A stretch of DNA of 15,376 nt from Candidatus Zixiibacteriota bacterium (lineage in GTDB: Bacteria; Zixibacteria; MSB-5A5; GN15; FEB-12). The stretch's first letter is position 1. The number at the start of each line of letters is the position of its first letter. The position numbers were made by a program, and so were the translations under genes. Where the stretch lies: contig JBGSIV010000201.1 in the NCBI GenBank assembly GCA_041742355.1, positions 1 to 15,376 of the forward strand, written 5' to 3'. Under the pieces are notes generated by a model. That model did not search any database. It was given only the letters and a program-made list of their open reading frames with translations, and was not told the DNA's origin. Positions 7,437-15,376 of this stretch are shown here, one piece after another.

Positions 7437-7465
7437 TTGCGCCCGAATGAGGAGGCGTGCATATT
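7437..7465 (+). promoter_or_regulatory. Putative divergent promoter for the TauE operon
   Basis: TTGCGC-N17-CATATT; Shine-Dalgarno GGAGG at 7503..7507 before ATG 7513. Confidence 0.4.
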
Positions 7466-7512
7466 GAACGCCGGCGGCGGCCGAAAAGACGACCGGCGCC
7501 CCGGAGGAATCA

Positions 7513-8418
7513 ATGGTTGAGTTTCCGGTCAGCGGGGTGGAAACCTGGTGGTGGCTGCCGCCGCTGGTATCGATGATAGTGTCCTGTCTGGCGGCTACCG
7601 GGGGGTTGTCGGGGGCGTTTCTCTTGTTGCCGTTTCAGGTGAGCGTGCTCGGCTTCACCGGTCCTGGGGCATCGCCGACCAACCTGTTCTTCAACGTCAT
7701 CGGCACGCCAACGGGCGTGTACCGGTATTTCCGCGAGAACCGCATGGTCTGGGTGCTGTCGCTGGCTATCATTCTGGGCTCGCTGCCCGGTATGATCCTC
7801 GGGGCGATCGTGCGGGTGACCCTGCTTCCGGATCCGAGAGCTTTCAAAGGGTTCGCCGCACTCATATTAGCGTTCATTGCAATTCGCCTCTTACAGGATG
7901 TCATTGCCGCACGGCGACGGGGAGAGAATGATCGCGGTCGCGGCACCGGTGCCTTCGCAGTAACCGACTCGTCCTTCAACCTGCGGCGCGTGGCCTATAC
8001 ATTCTCGGGTGAGCGGTATGAGATCCCGACGATGAAGTTGAGCCTGATCAGCCTGGCCGTGGGAGTTGTGGGAGGAGTCTACGGGATCGGCGGCGGGGCG
8101 ATTATCGCACCGCTCCTGGTGGCGTACTTTCGCCTGCCGGTGCACACGGTGGCGGGAGCGTCGTTATTCTCCAATTTTGCCAGCTCGCTGTGCGGCATTT
8201 TCATTTACTGGGTGATCGACGAGGTGAAGCTGGTCCCCGGAGTAAGCGCCGAACCGGACTGGCTGCTGGGGCTGTCGCTGGGGATCGGCGGGGCTGTCGG
8301 GATGTATATTGGAGCGAGAGCCCAGCGTTACCTGCCGGAAAAGGCCATAAAAGTGGTGCTGACGGTGTTCCTCCTGTTCGTCGCGACGTGGTACGTAATC
8401 GAAGTCTTCCGGCGGTAA
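7513..8418 (+). CDS. Sulfite exporter TauE/SafE (TSUP) family membrane protein
   Basis: About 8 hydrophobic segments; two internal repeats GGLSGAFLLLPF and GVYGIGGGAIIAP; ASPTNL; YIGARAQRYLP; strong SD. Confidence 0.9.
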   Translation: MVEFPVSGVETWWWLPPLVSMIVSCLAATGGLSGAFLLLPFQVSVLGFTGPGASPTNLFFNVIGTPTGVYRYFRENRMVWVLSLAIILGSLPGMILGAIVRVTLLPDPRAFKGFAALILAFIAIRLLQDVIAARRRGENDRGRGTGAFAVTDSSFNLRRVAYTFSGERYEIPTMKLSLISLAVGVVGGVYGIGGGAIIAPLLVAYFRLPVHTVAGASLFSNFASSLCGIFIYWVIDEVKLVPGVSAEPDWLLGLSLGIGGAVGMYIGARAQRYLPEKAIKVVLTVFLLFVATWYVIEVFRR

Positions 8419-8442
8419 GTCCGGGGGGCGGGTGGAGGTTGT

Positions 8443-8883
8443 ATGGATGACGTTGTGAAGAGCTTTCTGGAACCGGGACCGATTGCTGTGGTCGGAGCGA
8501 CTGATTCCCCGCACAAATTCGGTCGCGAGATCTGCCGGGTGCTCAAGGACCGGGGACATACGGTGTATGCGGTCAACAACCATGCCGAAACAGTGGGCGG
8601 TGAACGGGCGTATGCATCGGTGAAGGACCTGCCGCCCGATGTGGAGGCGGCCGTGGTGGCCGTTCGTCCGGATCAGGCGCTCCCGGTCGTTGATGACGCG
8701 GTTGCTCGCGGGTTGAAGCGCCTCTGGTTTCAGCGCGGCGCTGACTTCTCGGAAGCCGCGAGTCGCGCCCAGGCGGCGGGGATTGCGACGGTTACGGGGA
8801 GGTGCATACTCATGTACGCCTCACCGGTGACCGGCGTGCACAAGTTCCATCAGACCCTGGCGCGGTTCTTCGGAAAGTACTAG
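8443..8883 (+). CDS. CoA-binding protein (YccU-like Rossmann fold)
   Basis: IAVVGATDSPHKFG, VYAVN, AYASVKDLP, LWFQRG, GRCILM; SD GGAGG at 8434..8438. Confidence 0.92.
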   Translation: MDDVVKSFLEPGPIAVVGATDSPHKFGREICRVLKDRGHTVYAVNNHAETVGGERAYASVKDLPPDVEAAVVAVRPDQALPVVDDAVARGLKRLWFQRGADFSEAASRAQAAGIATVTGRCILMYASPVTGVHKFHQTLARFFGKY

Positions 8884-8895
8884 TTCCTTGAAGGG

Positions 8896-10158
8896 ATGGG
8901 TCATATGACTGAGGTTCGCAGGCTCGAAACGGCACACTTCGATGAATTCATCCGACTCATGATCGACGCTTACCCGGGGCTCGGAATGGTGTTCGACCGG
9001 GACAAGGACAAGATCCGTGAGCGGATGGAGGAACGGCTCAAGTCGGGCCGAGTGGGGTTTTTCGGTGCGTTCAGGGGAGAGTGCCTCACCGGGGTGATGC
9101 GGGTGCACGACTACACGATGAACTACCGTTCGGCGGTAACCACGGCCGGGGGGCTGGGCGGGGTCGCGGTCGACCTGACGTGCAAACGGGAGCGGGTTGC
9201 GGGGGAGATGATCCGCAGCTACCTCGATACGTGCGATGAGGCCGGAATGCCGATGGCGGTGCTCTGGCCGTTCCGCCCGGACTTCTACCGGAAGATCGGC
9301 TTCGGCTACGGCGGGAAGAAGTACCGCTACTCGCTGCTGCCTTCGACTCTTCCGCACGCGGCCGGGAAGAGCCACGTCAAGCACGCTGTCGACACCGACT
9401 ATGACGCCATGGCGGGCTGTTATGGACGCATATTCGCAAACCGCCACGGGATGCTCGATGAGACGGCGCAGACGATCAAGTCAACAGTCAGCCCGGCCAA
9501 CGGCGGCAAAGCGGTCGTGTACCGCGACGGAGAGGAAGTGCGGGGGTTCATCATCTACCGCTTCGTCCGGGCGCACGCCACCAATTTCGTAGCGAACGAC
9601 CTGCATGTCGAGGAATGCCTGTACGAATCGCCCGAGGTGCTGGGTGAGTTCCTCAGCTTCCTTCACTCGCAGCATGACCAGGTGCGGCGGATCCTGTTCG
9701 ACACTCCTGATGCCGAATTCCACTACGTACCGGTCGATCCGCGCAATGACTCCAACATGCTCTATCCGTCGGTGTACCACGAATCCCACACGGCTGCCGT
9801 GGGGGCAATGTACATGGTGCTCAGTGTACCGAGGCTCTTTGAATTGACTCCCGGCGCGGTCTATGGCGTTGGTGCCGTTACGGTCGAGTTCATCGTCGAT
9901 GACCCCTGGTGGGGAAAGGCCGGGAGTTCGACGAAGGTTGCCTTCGCGCACGGCAGGGCAGAGGTCTCAAAGACGGGCAGGCCTGATATAGAGATTGCCC
10001 TGAATATCGCCGACTTCTCATCGCTCATTATGGGGGCGGTGCGGTTGTCGCGCCTCGTTGAGTACGGGCTGGCGAAAGTGTCGAAGGCCGATCGGATTGG
10101 AATGTTGGACCAGGTGCTGGCCACTCCAGAACCGCCTTACTGCTTCACCCGATTCTAA
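8896..10158 (+). CDS. Eis-like GNAT N-acetyltransferase with C-terminal SCP2-like domain
   Basis: 420 aa; GLGGVAVD, LWPFRPDFYRKIGFG, GFIIY, IADFSSLIMG and terminal Phe (YCFTRF), typical of the Eis family. The start could also be ATG 8905. Confidence 0.9.
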   Translation: MGHMTEVRRLETAHFDEFIRLMIDAYPGLGMVFDRDKDKIRERMEERLKSGRVGFFGAFRGECLTGVMRVHDYTMNYRSAVTTAGGLGGVAVDLTCKRERVAGEMIRSYLDTCDEAGMPMAVLWPFRPDFYRKIGFGYGGKKYRYSLLPSTLPHAAGKSHVKHAVDTDYDAMAGCYGRIFANRHGMLDETAQTIKSTVSPANGGKAVVYRDGEEVRGFIIYRFVRAHATNFVANDLHVEECLYESPEVLGEFLSFLHSQHDQVRRILFDTPDAEFHYVPVDPRNDSNMLYPSVYHESHTAAVGAMYMVLSVPRLFELTPGAVYGVGAVTVEFIVDDPWWGKAGSSTKVAFAHGRAEVSKTGRPDIEIALNIADFSSLIMGAVRLSRLVEYGLAKVSKADRIGMLDQVLATPEPPYCFTRF

Positions 10159-10195
10159 AGAAAAGGCCGTCCCCTTCATAGGGGCGGCCTCTTTC
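10159..10195. terminator. Bidirectional intrinsic terminator between convergent genes
   Basis: AGAAAAGGCCGTCCCCT-TCAT-AGGGGCGGCCTCTTTC: GC-rich stem with an A-rich left flank and a T-rich right flank, immediately after TAA 10158 and shortly after the minus-strand stop at 10217. Confidence 0.8.
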
Positions 10196-10216
10196 GCAGT
10201 CATTTCTAAACCGATC

Positions 10217-10420
10217 TTAACACGGCTCCGGAGCCGCTCCCCCCTTGAAGAGGAAGTTGACCAGGTAGGTCAGATCCGAGACGACGACCATGGTGTCGGC
10301 GTTGACATCGGCTTCGGTCATCACCGGCGGAGCGGCGCCGCCGCGGAACAGGAAGTTGACGAGGTAGGTGAGGTCGGCCACATTCACGGCGTCATCGAGG
10401 AGACCGCTGACATTGCCCCG
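10217..10420 (-). repeat. Dockerin-like duplicated EF-hand/helix module
   Basis: [30 protein letters not shown] and [28 protein letters not shown]. Confidence 0.8.
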
Positions 10421-11527
10421 AGTCCCCAGGCAGTTGTCAAGTACCTCACAGACATCACCGGTGCCGTCCATGTCGGCATCCTCCTGGCCTGGATTCGCGT
10501 GCATCGGGCAGTTGTCGGACATCCCGCACACACCGTCGTTGTCGCCATCGTTGGTGGGGTCCGCAGGACAGATATCGCATGCGTCGCCGATACCGTCGGC
10601 GTCGGCATCATCCTGTGAGTTGTTGGCTACCGTCGGGCAGTTGTCGCACAGATCCCCGAGGCCATCAGTATCGGCGTCAGCCTGATCGGCGTTGAAATCG
10701 TCGGGGCAGTTGTCGCAGGCGTCGCCGTGGCCGTCGGCATCGTTATCGAGCTGGCTCCCATTCGCCACCGAGGGGCAGTTGTCGTACTCAAGGCAGATCA
10801 GATCGCCGTCGGAATCATCGCAACAGGCGAGCGACCGGGTCTCGCCTTCGACCCAGAAGAACGGGAAACCGGCCCCGGGGCTTATCCAGTAGATAATCCA
10901 CGAATACCACGTGTTGGGGTGGAACTGGAAGACGTCGCACGTATCGGGGGTTGATTCCGTATCCCACATTATCGAGGGGAGGCGAAGCGACGAGGTGTCG
11001 GTGTACTTGATGCCGATGAAGAAGGGGCCGTCGACACAGACCGGAGACGGGAAGGGTACGGCCCCAATTTTAGGAAAAGCATACGTGGCGGAGTCGCAGG
11101 TTACCGGAATGGTGGCGAGGATGCCGCCCGGGCCATCGCACGGGTCGGCCGGACTGATCAGGCTGTACACGACCACTTCGATCTGAAGCGGCCATTTGTA
11201 CAGCCGCGAATCCATGTAGTTGGGAGGATCGAAGAGAGTGAAGGAGAACTCGTTGATCTCAAAAGGATAGGTGGAGTCACCCGCGCAGACAGCAGGATCG
11301 AACAGGACAATGGTCTGATAGTCGGCGCGAAACCCGGAGCTGTATCCAAGCACCGAATCATCGGGGTTGTGGCGGTTGAGCACACAGGTCTCGCCCAACG
11401 CCAAAGAGAGGTCGATCTGGAGCCGCTGGTCGGGACGGACGATCTGCCACTCCGCGGGGGGCGTGGTTTCGGCAGTTGCCGTTGCCGCAAGCAGGCCGAT
11501 ACACATGACCGTGAGTAATCTCAACAT
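10217..11527 (-). CDS. Secreted protein: unknown N-terminal beta-rich domain, thrombospondin type-3 Ca-binding repeats, C-terminal dockerin-like domain
   Basis: Signal peptide [19 protein letters not shown]; repeated DNCP..(A)N..Q.D.D.DG.GD.C; duplicated [10 protein letters not shown](R/K)GGAAP; SD GGAGG upstream. Confidence 0.92.
   Translation of the reverse strand: MLRLLTVMCIGLLAATATAETTPPAEWQIVRPDQRLQIDLSLALGETCVLNRHNPDDSVLGYSSGFRADYQTIVLFDPAVCAGDSTYPFEINEFSFTLFDPPNYMDSRLYKWPLQIEVVVYSLISPADPCDGPGGILATIPVTCDSATYAFPKIGAVPFPSPVCVDGPFFIGIKYTDTSSLRLPSIMWDTESTPDTCDVFQFHPNTWYSWIIYWISPGAGFPFFWVEGETRSLACCDDSDGDLICLEYDNCPSVANGSQLDNDADGHGDACDNCPDDFNADQADADTDGLGDLCDNCPTVANNSQDDADADGIGDACDICPADPTNDGDNDGVCGMSDNCPMHANPGQEDADMDGTGDVCEVLDNCLGTRGNVSGLLDDAVNVADLTYLVNFLFRGGAAPPVMTEADVNADTMVVVSDLTYLVNFLFKGGAAPEPC
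10445..10822 (-). repeat. Thrombospondin type-3 repeat tract (intragenic)
   Basis: Five D(N/I)CP units with DxDxDG motifs; GGGCAGTTGTCG recurs at the DNA level. Confidence 0.88.
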
Positions 11528-11613
11528 CGGGCATCCTCCGTAGGCGGTTGTCGGTTCACGAATCCTTGAGTCGCATGATGCCGAGCGTAAGAACGGTACG
11601 AAAGGCTGCTTTC

Positions 11614-11642
11614 AGTATACTGCCTGTCACGGGCTGACACAA
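11614..11642 (-). promoter_or_regulatory. Putative sigma70-type promoter for the TSP3/dockerin gene
   Basis: Minus strand TTGTGT-N17-TATACT. Confidence 0.5.
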
Positions 11643-11693
11643 GCGGAAAGATGGGCCGGGCGGGTCCAGAGCCGCCGACGCGGCAAGTAGCGA

Positions 11694-11722
11694 TTGACTT
11701 CACTCAGAGTCGTCGGCATCTT
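11694..11722 (+). promoter_or_regulatory. Putative divergent promoter for the LtaS-like gene
   Basis: TTGACT-N17-CATCTT; GGAG a few nt before GTG 11752. Confidence 0.45.
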
Positions 11723-11751
11723 GCGCTGTCTTACAACCGGTGGAGTAGTCA

Positions 11752-13761
11752 GTGCAGAATCAGTACCAGAAGTACATTTCCGTTCCCGCAGTCGTGGCCC
11801 TTGGTACGGCCGTGCTGTTAACCGCCTTTTTCGAACTCTGGCGGGGGATCCTGCTCGTGCTGCTGGAGAGCCCGCAACCGCCGATCCCGGCCTCTGTGTG
11901 GATCGAGGCATTCCTGGTCGGCGTGCGGTTTGATTTTGCCATGGCCAGCTACGTGGCACTCCCGGTCTACCTCCTGGCGGTGCTCCCGTGGATCGGCGCC
12001 ACTCGGAACCGCGTAAGCTGCACGATCTTGATTGGGTTCGTGAGTATAGCGGCCGCGCTGACGTTCTTCCTCCATCTTGCCGATATCGAGTTCTTCAGGT
12101 TCTTCAATACCCGCCTGAACGGCATGGCCCTGCAGTGGGCCGACACGCCGGGGTTCATGGTGACCATGATCTGGCAGACCTACCCGGTGGTGCGGTACCT
12201 GCTGCTCTATGGAGGCATGCTCCTGCTGTTTGTCTGGCTTCTGCGGCGGATGCTTCGGCACCTGTCGGTTGAAGGCAGGCAATCGCCGTGGTGGATCGAC
12301 CTGGCCTGGTTGCCGGTGGTCGCGGCGATCCTCGTTGTCGGCGCGCGGGGGAGAATCGAGGAGAAGGCGCCTCTGACCTGGGGGCTGGCCTACTTCTCAC
12401 CGTATGACATGGCCAATCAGCTGGCGCTTAACCCGACTTTCACGTTCCTCCGGGATGCCGTCTACGATCGCGGCAGCAAGGAAGAGACGCGCCGCGTCAT
12501 GGAGGCCATCGCGTTCCCCGAAGCCGACAGTCTCGTGCGGGTGACATTGGGAATGGACCCGATTTCGTCCGATTCGCCGGCGGCCCGCCTATTACGATCG
12601 ATCTGGTCGGAAACGGAGGATCGGGAGCCTCCGAATATTGTGGTCGTGATCATGGAGTCCTTTGGCTCGTCGCACATCGGGGTGCTCGATAACCTCGTTC
12701 CGTATGACCTGACCCCGGAATTTGACTCCCTTTCGCGCGACGGCCTGCTGTTCACCAACATCTACTCGGCCGGGAGCCACACCTATGCAGGGATCCTCGG
12801 AACCCTCTACGGCTACCCCACGATTTACGGTAAGTCGATTATGAAGCAGATCGCAGGGCAAAACCGGTTCGTCGGTTTGCCCAATCTGCTGCGGGATCGC
12901 GGTTATGAGACGCTGTTCTTCACCACGCACGACCCGCAGTTCGACAACATGCAGGGTTTCCTCATGGCCAACGGCGTGCAGCGGGTGTACTCCCTCTTCG
13001 ACTACGACCAGAGCCAAAAAGTGAGCACGCTGGGGGTGCCGGACCACGTCATGTTTGACCGGGCGTTGGTGGAGTTGAAGGCCCGTCAGGGGAAGCGCTG
13101 GTTTGCGTCACTGCTGACTGCGACCAACCATGGCCCGTGGGTTGTCCCCGACGTGCCATTCGGCCCGCTGCCCGACAGTGTGCCCGACCGGGATCGACTC
13201 AACGCATTCAAGTACTCCGATTGGGCGCTCGGACGGTTCCTGCGGCAGATGGCCGAGGATCCGAATCTTCGAAATACCCTGGTGGTGGTCACGGCCGATA
13301 ACGGGATGCTGTACCATCCGCAGGTCGATCTCGACCCGACCCAGTATCGGATCCCATTCCTGTTGATCAAGCCAGCGGATATTCACGGCGGTACCGGGCG
13401 GCAGGACAACCGGGTCGGCAGCCAGGTCGATATCGTTGCCACAGTCATGGGGCGGTTGGGGATGAGTTACGACAACCACACATTCGGGCGCGACCTGCTC
13501 GGCGACAGCGTTCCCGCGATGGCCTGCGCCCAGTTCTCCGATTGGGACAAGGTCGGTTTCGTCGCCGATTCGCTGTATGCCATCGCCCGACTCGACGGCC
13601 CAAGCGCGCTTTACCGAATCAACCCGGCCTCCCACCGCCTCTTCGCTCAGACGAACCTCGCTGACAGCCTCCCGGAGACGGCCGAGGCTTATCGGAAGTA
13701 CGCCATGGCCATTTACACTGTGGCGTATTTCAACATCTTCCGGCCGTTGCCCCACCCTTGA
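11752..13761 (+). CDS. LTA synthase / phosphoglycerol transferase family (sulfatase-like) membrane enzyme
   Basis: Five N-terminal TM segments (GVRFDF, DIEFFRFFNTRLN); catalytic domain PPNIVVVIMESF, GSHT (Thr nucleophile), GVPDHVMF, TATNHGPW, FKYSDWALGRF, NTLVVVTADNG, RIPFLL, GSQVDIVAT, FGRDLL. Confidence 0.92.
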   Translation: MQNQYQKYISVPAVVALGTAVLLTAFFELWRGILLVLLESPQPPIPASVWIEAFLVGVRFDFAMASYVALPVYLLAVLPWIGATRNRVSCTILIGFVSIAAALTFFLHLADIEFFRFFNTRLNGMALQWADTPGFMVTMIWQTYPVVRYLLLYGGMLLLFVWLLRRMLRHLSVEGRQSPWWIDLAWLPVVAAILVVGARGRIEEKAPLTWGLAYFSPYDMANQLALNPTFTFLRDAVYDRGSKEETRRVMEAIAFPEADSLVRVTLGMDPISSDSPAARLLRSIWSETEDREPPNIVVVIMESFGSSHIGVLDNLVPYDLTPEFDSLSRDGLLFTNIYSAGSHTYAGILGTLYGYPTIYGKSIMKQIAGQNRFVGLPNLLRDRGYETLFFTTHDPQFDNMQGFLMANGVQRVYSLFDYDQSQKVSTLGVPDHVMFDRALVELKARQGKRWFASLLTATNHGPWVVPDVPFGPLPDSVPDRDRLNAFKYSDWALGRFLRQMAEDPNLRNTLVVVTADNGMLYHPQVDLDPTQYRIPFLLIKPADIHGGTGRQDNRVGSQVDIVATVMGRLGMSYDNHTFGRDLLGDSVPAMACAQFSDWDKVGFVADSLYAIARLDGPSALYRINPASHRLFAQTNLADSLPETAEAYRKYAMAIYTVAYFNIFRPLPHP

Positions 13762-13839
13762 TCACGGCACCCGGCTCCCCGGTTCGCCAATCTGGATCAT
13801 CTGGGCGGTTTTGAGTGCGCCAGATTCCTCCCGAATGAT

Positions 13840-13868
13840 TTGCCAAACCCGGAGCTTTTGATTATGCT
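13840..13868 (+). promoter_or_regulatory. Putative sigma70-type promoter for gatE
   Basis: TTGCCA-N17-TATGCT, 75 nt upstream of ATG 13944. Confidence 0.55.
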
Positions 13869-13943
13869 TACCGGACTTGGACGCGCCGCCGGCGACCCGG
13901 CAGGCGACTGTTACAGCGTGCTCGTGCAAAGTGAGTGTAAGAG

Positions 13944-15376
13944 ATGGAGACCGAAAATGTCCCGGGGCAACTGGCCGATCCGGTTGACCCAATCATGAAC
14001 TACGAGAAGACCGCGAAGCAGATCAATTATGTCCCACGCCTGCAGGCGACCCGCCAGACTTACGTCGATCTCGGCTTCAAGTGCGGGTTGGAGATTCATC
14101 AGCAACTGCTGACTCGAAGCAAGCTGTTCTGCCGGTGCCCCGCCGGGTTGTTCAGCGGGCCGGAAGATTACGATGCCGAGGTGATCCGCCACATGCGCCC
14201 AACCCTGTCGGAGATGGGGGAGTACGACGGCACCGCGCTGATGGAAAAGCGGACGAAGAAGAACATCACCTACCGGATCAAAAACCAGACCGCCTGCACG
14301 TATGAAATCGATGACACGCCGCCGTTCCTGATCGACACGGAAGCGCTCGAAATCGCGATCGAAGTCGCCCTGCTGCTCCGGACCAATGTGGTCGGGGAAC
14401 TGCACATCACGCGCAAGCAGTACCTGGACGGCTCCATTCCAACCGGATTTCAGCGCACGGCAATAGTCGGCATCGAAGGGGAGATCCCGCTGCCGAACAA
14501 AAACATACGCATCATACAGATCAGTATTGAGGAAGACAGCTGTCGCGAGGTCTCCGATTTTCGCCACGAGCGAATTTACACGACCGATCGACTGGGAATG
14601 CCGTTGATTGAGACAGTCACGTATCCCGATATGCTCACGCCCGACGAAGCGGCCGAAGCGGGGCAATACCTCCGCTGCCTGGTGCGCAGCACGGGCCATG
14701 TCCGCACCGGTATCGGCGCGGCGCGTCAGGATGTCAATGTCAGCATCACGGGCGGCACGAGGGTGGAAATCAAGGGTGTCGCGCACATCAGGTGGATTCC
14801 GGAATTGACCCACAACGAGGCGTTCCGCCAGCGGGCGCTCCTCGAAATCGCCGAAATGCTCCGGGATCGCGGCGCCGACTCGGCCACGTGGAAGCCCTCG
14901 CATGTCGACCTGGAATGGAGTTCTCTGAAGACTGATTATCCGGCCTGGGCCGAGGCTCGACGCCGCGGCGAGAAGGTGGTCGCAGTGAATCTGCCCGACT
15001 TCAAAGGCCTGCTGTCGTTTTTCACCCAGCCCGGGCACACATTCTCTGACGAGTTGTCCGGCCGTCTCAAAGTAATTGCCTGTCTCGAGCGCCCGAACCT
15101 CGTGCACAGCGAGCAGGTCGATCCAATTCTGACCGAAACCGGGTGGGCAGGAATCCGCCGCACCCTGCGGTCCGGGATCGGTGACGCCCAGGTGCTCGTT
15201 TGGGGTCCGGCTGCCGATGTCGTCACTGCACTGGAGACAATCGATGAACGGTGCCGCATGGCTTTTACCGGTGTTCCGAACGAAACCCGCAAGTCGCTGC
15301 CGGACGGCACCACAATTTTCGAGCGAGTCCTGCCGGGTCCCGATCGGATGTACCCCGACACCGACTCGGCCCCGCT
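13944..15376 (+). CDS. gatE: Glu-tRNA(Gln) amidotransferase subunit E (archaeal-type GatE), 3'-truncated by the window end
   Basis: Not in the ORF track. Manual translation: METENVPG...DLGFKCGLEIHQQLLTRSKLFCRCP...RHMRPTLSEMGEYDGTALME...CTYEIDDTPP...TRKQYLDGSIPTGFQRT...IEEDSCR...DRLGMPLIE...GIGAARQDVNVSITGGTRVEIKGV...LPDFKGLLSFFTQPG...GVPNETRK...ERVLPGPDRMYPDTD. HQQL, RPxxSExG, DGSxxxGFQRT, RQDVNVSI and RMYPxTD are GatE rather than GatB signatures. Confidence 0.9.
   Translation, partial: METENVPGQLADPVDPIMNYEKTAKQINYVPRLQATRQTYVDLGFKCGLEIHQQLLTRSKLFCRCPAGLFSGPEDYDAEVIRHMRPTLSEMGEYDGTALMEKRTKKNITYRIKNQTACTYEIDDTPPFLIDTEALEIAIEVALLLRTNVVGELHITRKQYLDGSIPTGFQRTAIVGIEGEIPLPNKNIRIIQISIEEDSCREVSDFRHERIYTTDRLGMPLIETVTYPDMLTPDEAAEAGQYLRCLVRSTGHVRTGIGAARQDVNVSITGGTRVEIKGVAHIRWIPELTHNEAFRQRALLEIAEMLRDRGADSATWKPSHVDLEWSSLKTDYPAWAEARRRGEKVVAVNLPDFKGLLSFFTQPGHTFSDELSGRLKVIACLERPNLVHSEQVDPILTETGWAGIRRTLRSGIGDAQVLVWGPAADVVTALETIDERCRMAFTGVPNETRKSLPDGTTIFERVLPGPDRMYPDTDSAP

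Noticed and set aside
10445..10822. Recurring GGGCAGTTGTCG units as a possible CRISPR or non-coding repeat array
   Set aside because: They encode the DNCP motif of TSP3 repeats in frame; too short and degenerate for CRISPR, and no cas genes are present.
13911..15107. 398-aa minus-strand ORF, the longest ORF-track call in this region
   Set aside because: Shadow of the plus-strand gatE frame, which the track missed because it has no stop in the window.
13944..15376. Ordinary bacterial gatB
   Set aside because: Lacks the GatB signatures (GLEVHxQL with PGxLP, RKNYFYPDLPKGYQISQ, YRYFPEPD) and carries GatE-type motifs plus the insertion domain.

Overview
GC-rich bacterial window, probably from an uncultured diderm of the FCB-related group (Zixibacteria-like; inferred only from the C-terminal dockerin-type and YPNP-type domains). 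Left to right: two tandem paralogous large secreted proteins on the minus strand (the first runs off the window start and is absent from the ORF track), an inhibitory-type serpin, an SGNH/GDSL hydrolase with a TPR-like insert, a plus-strand TauE/SafE - CoA-binding - Eis-like acetyltransferase operon, a secreted TSP3-repeat/dockerin protein, an LTA-synthase-family sulfatase, and a 3'-truncated gene (also absent from the ORF track) whose motifs match archaeal-type GatE. Most notable: (1) GatE in a bacterial context; (2) the paralog pair, with near-identical scaffold DNA alternating with short hypervariable segments and with separate promoters; (3) a likely leaderless SGNH transcript; (4) a His-to-Asn change at an LtaS metal ligand. 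No RNA genes, CRISPR arrays or mobile elements were recognised.
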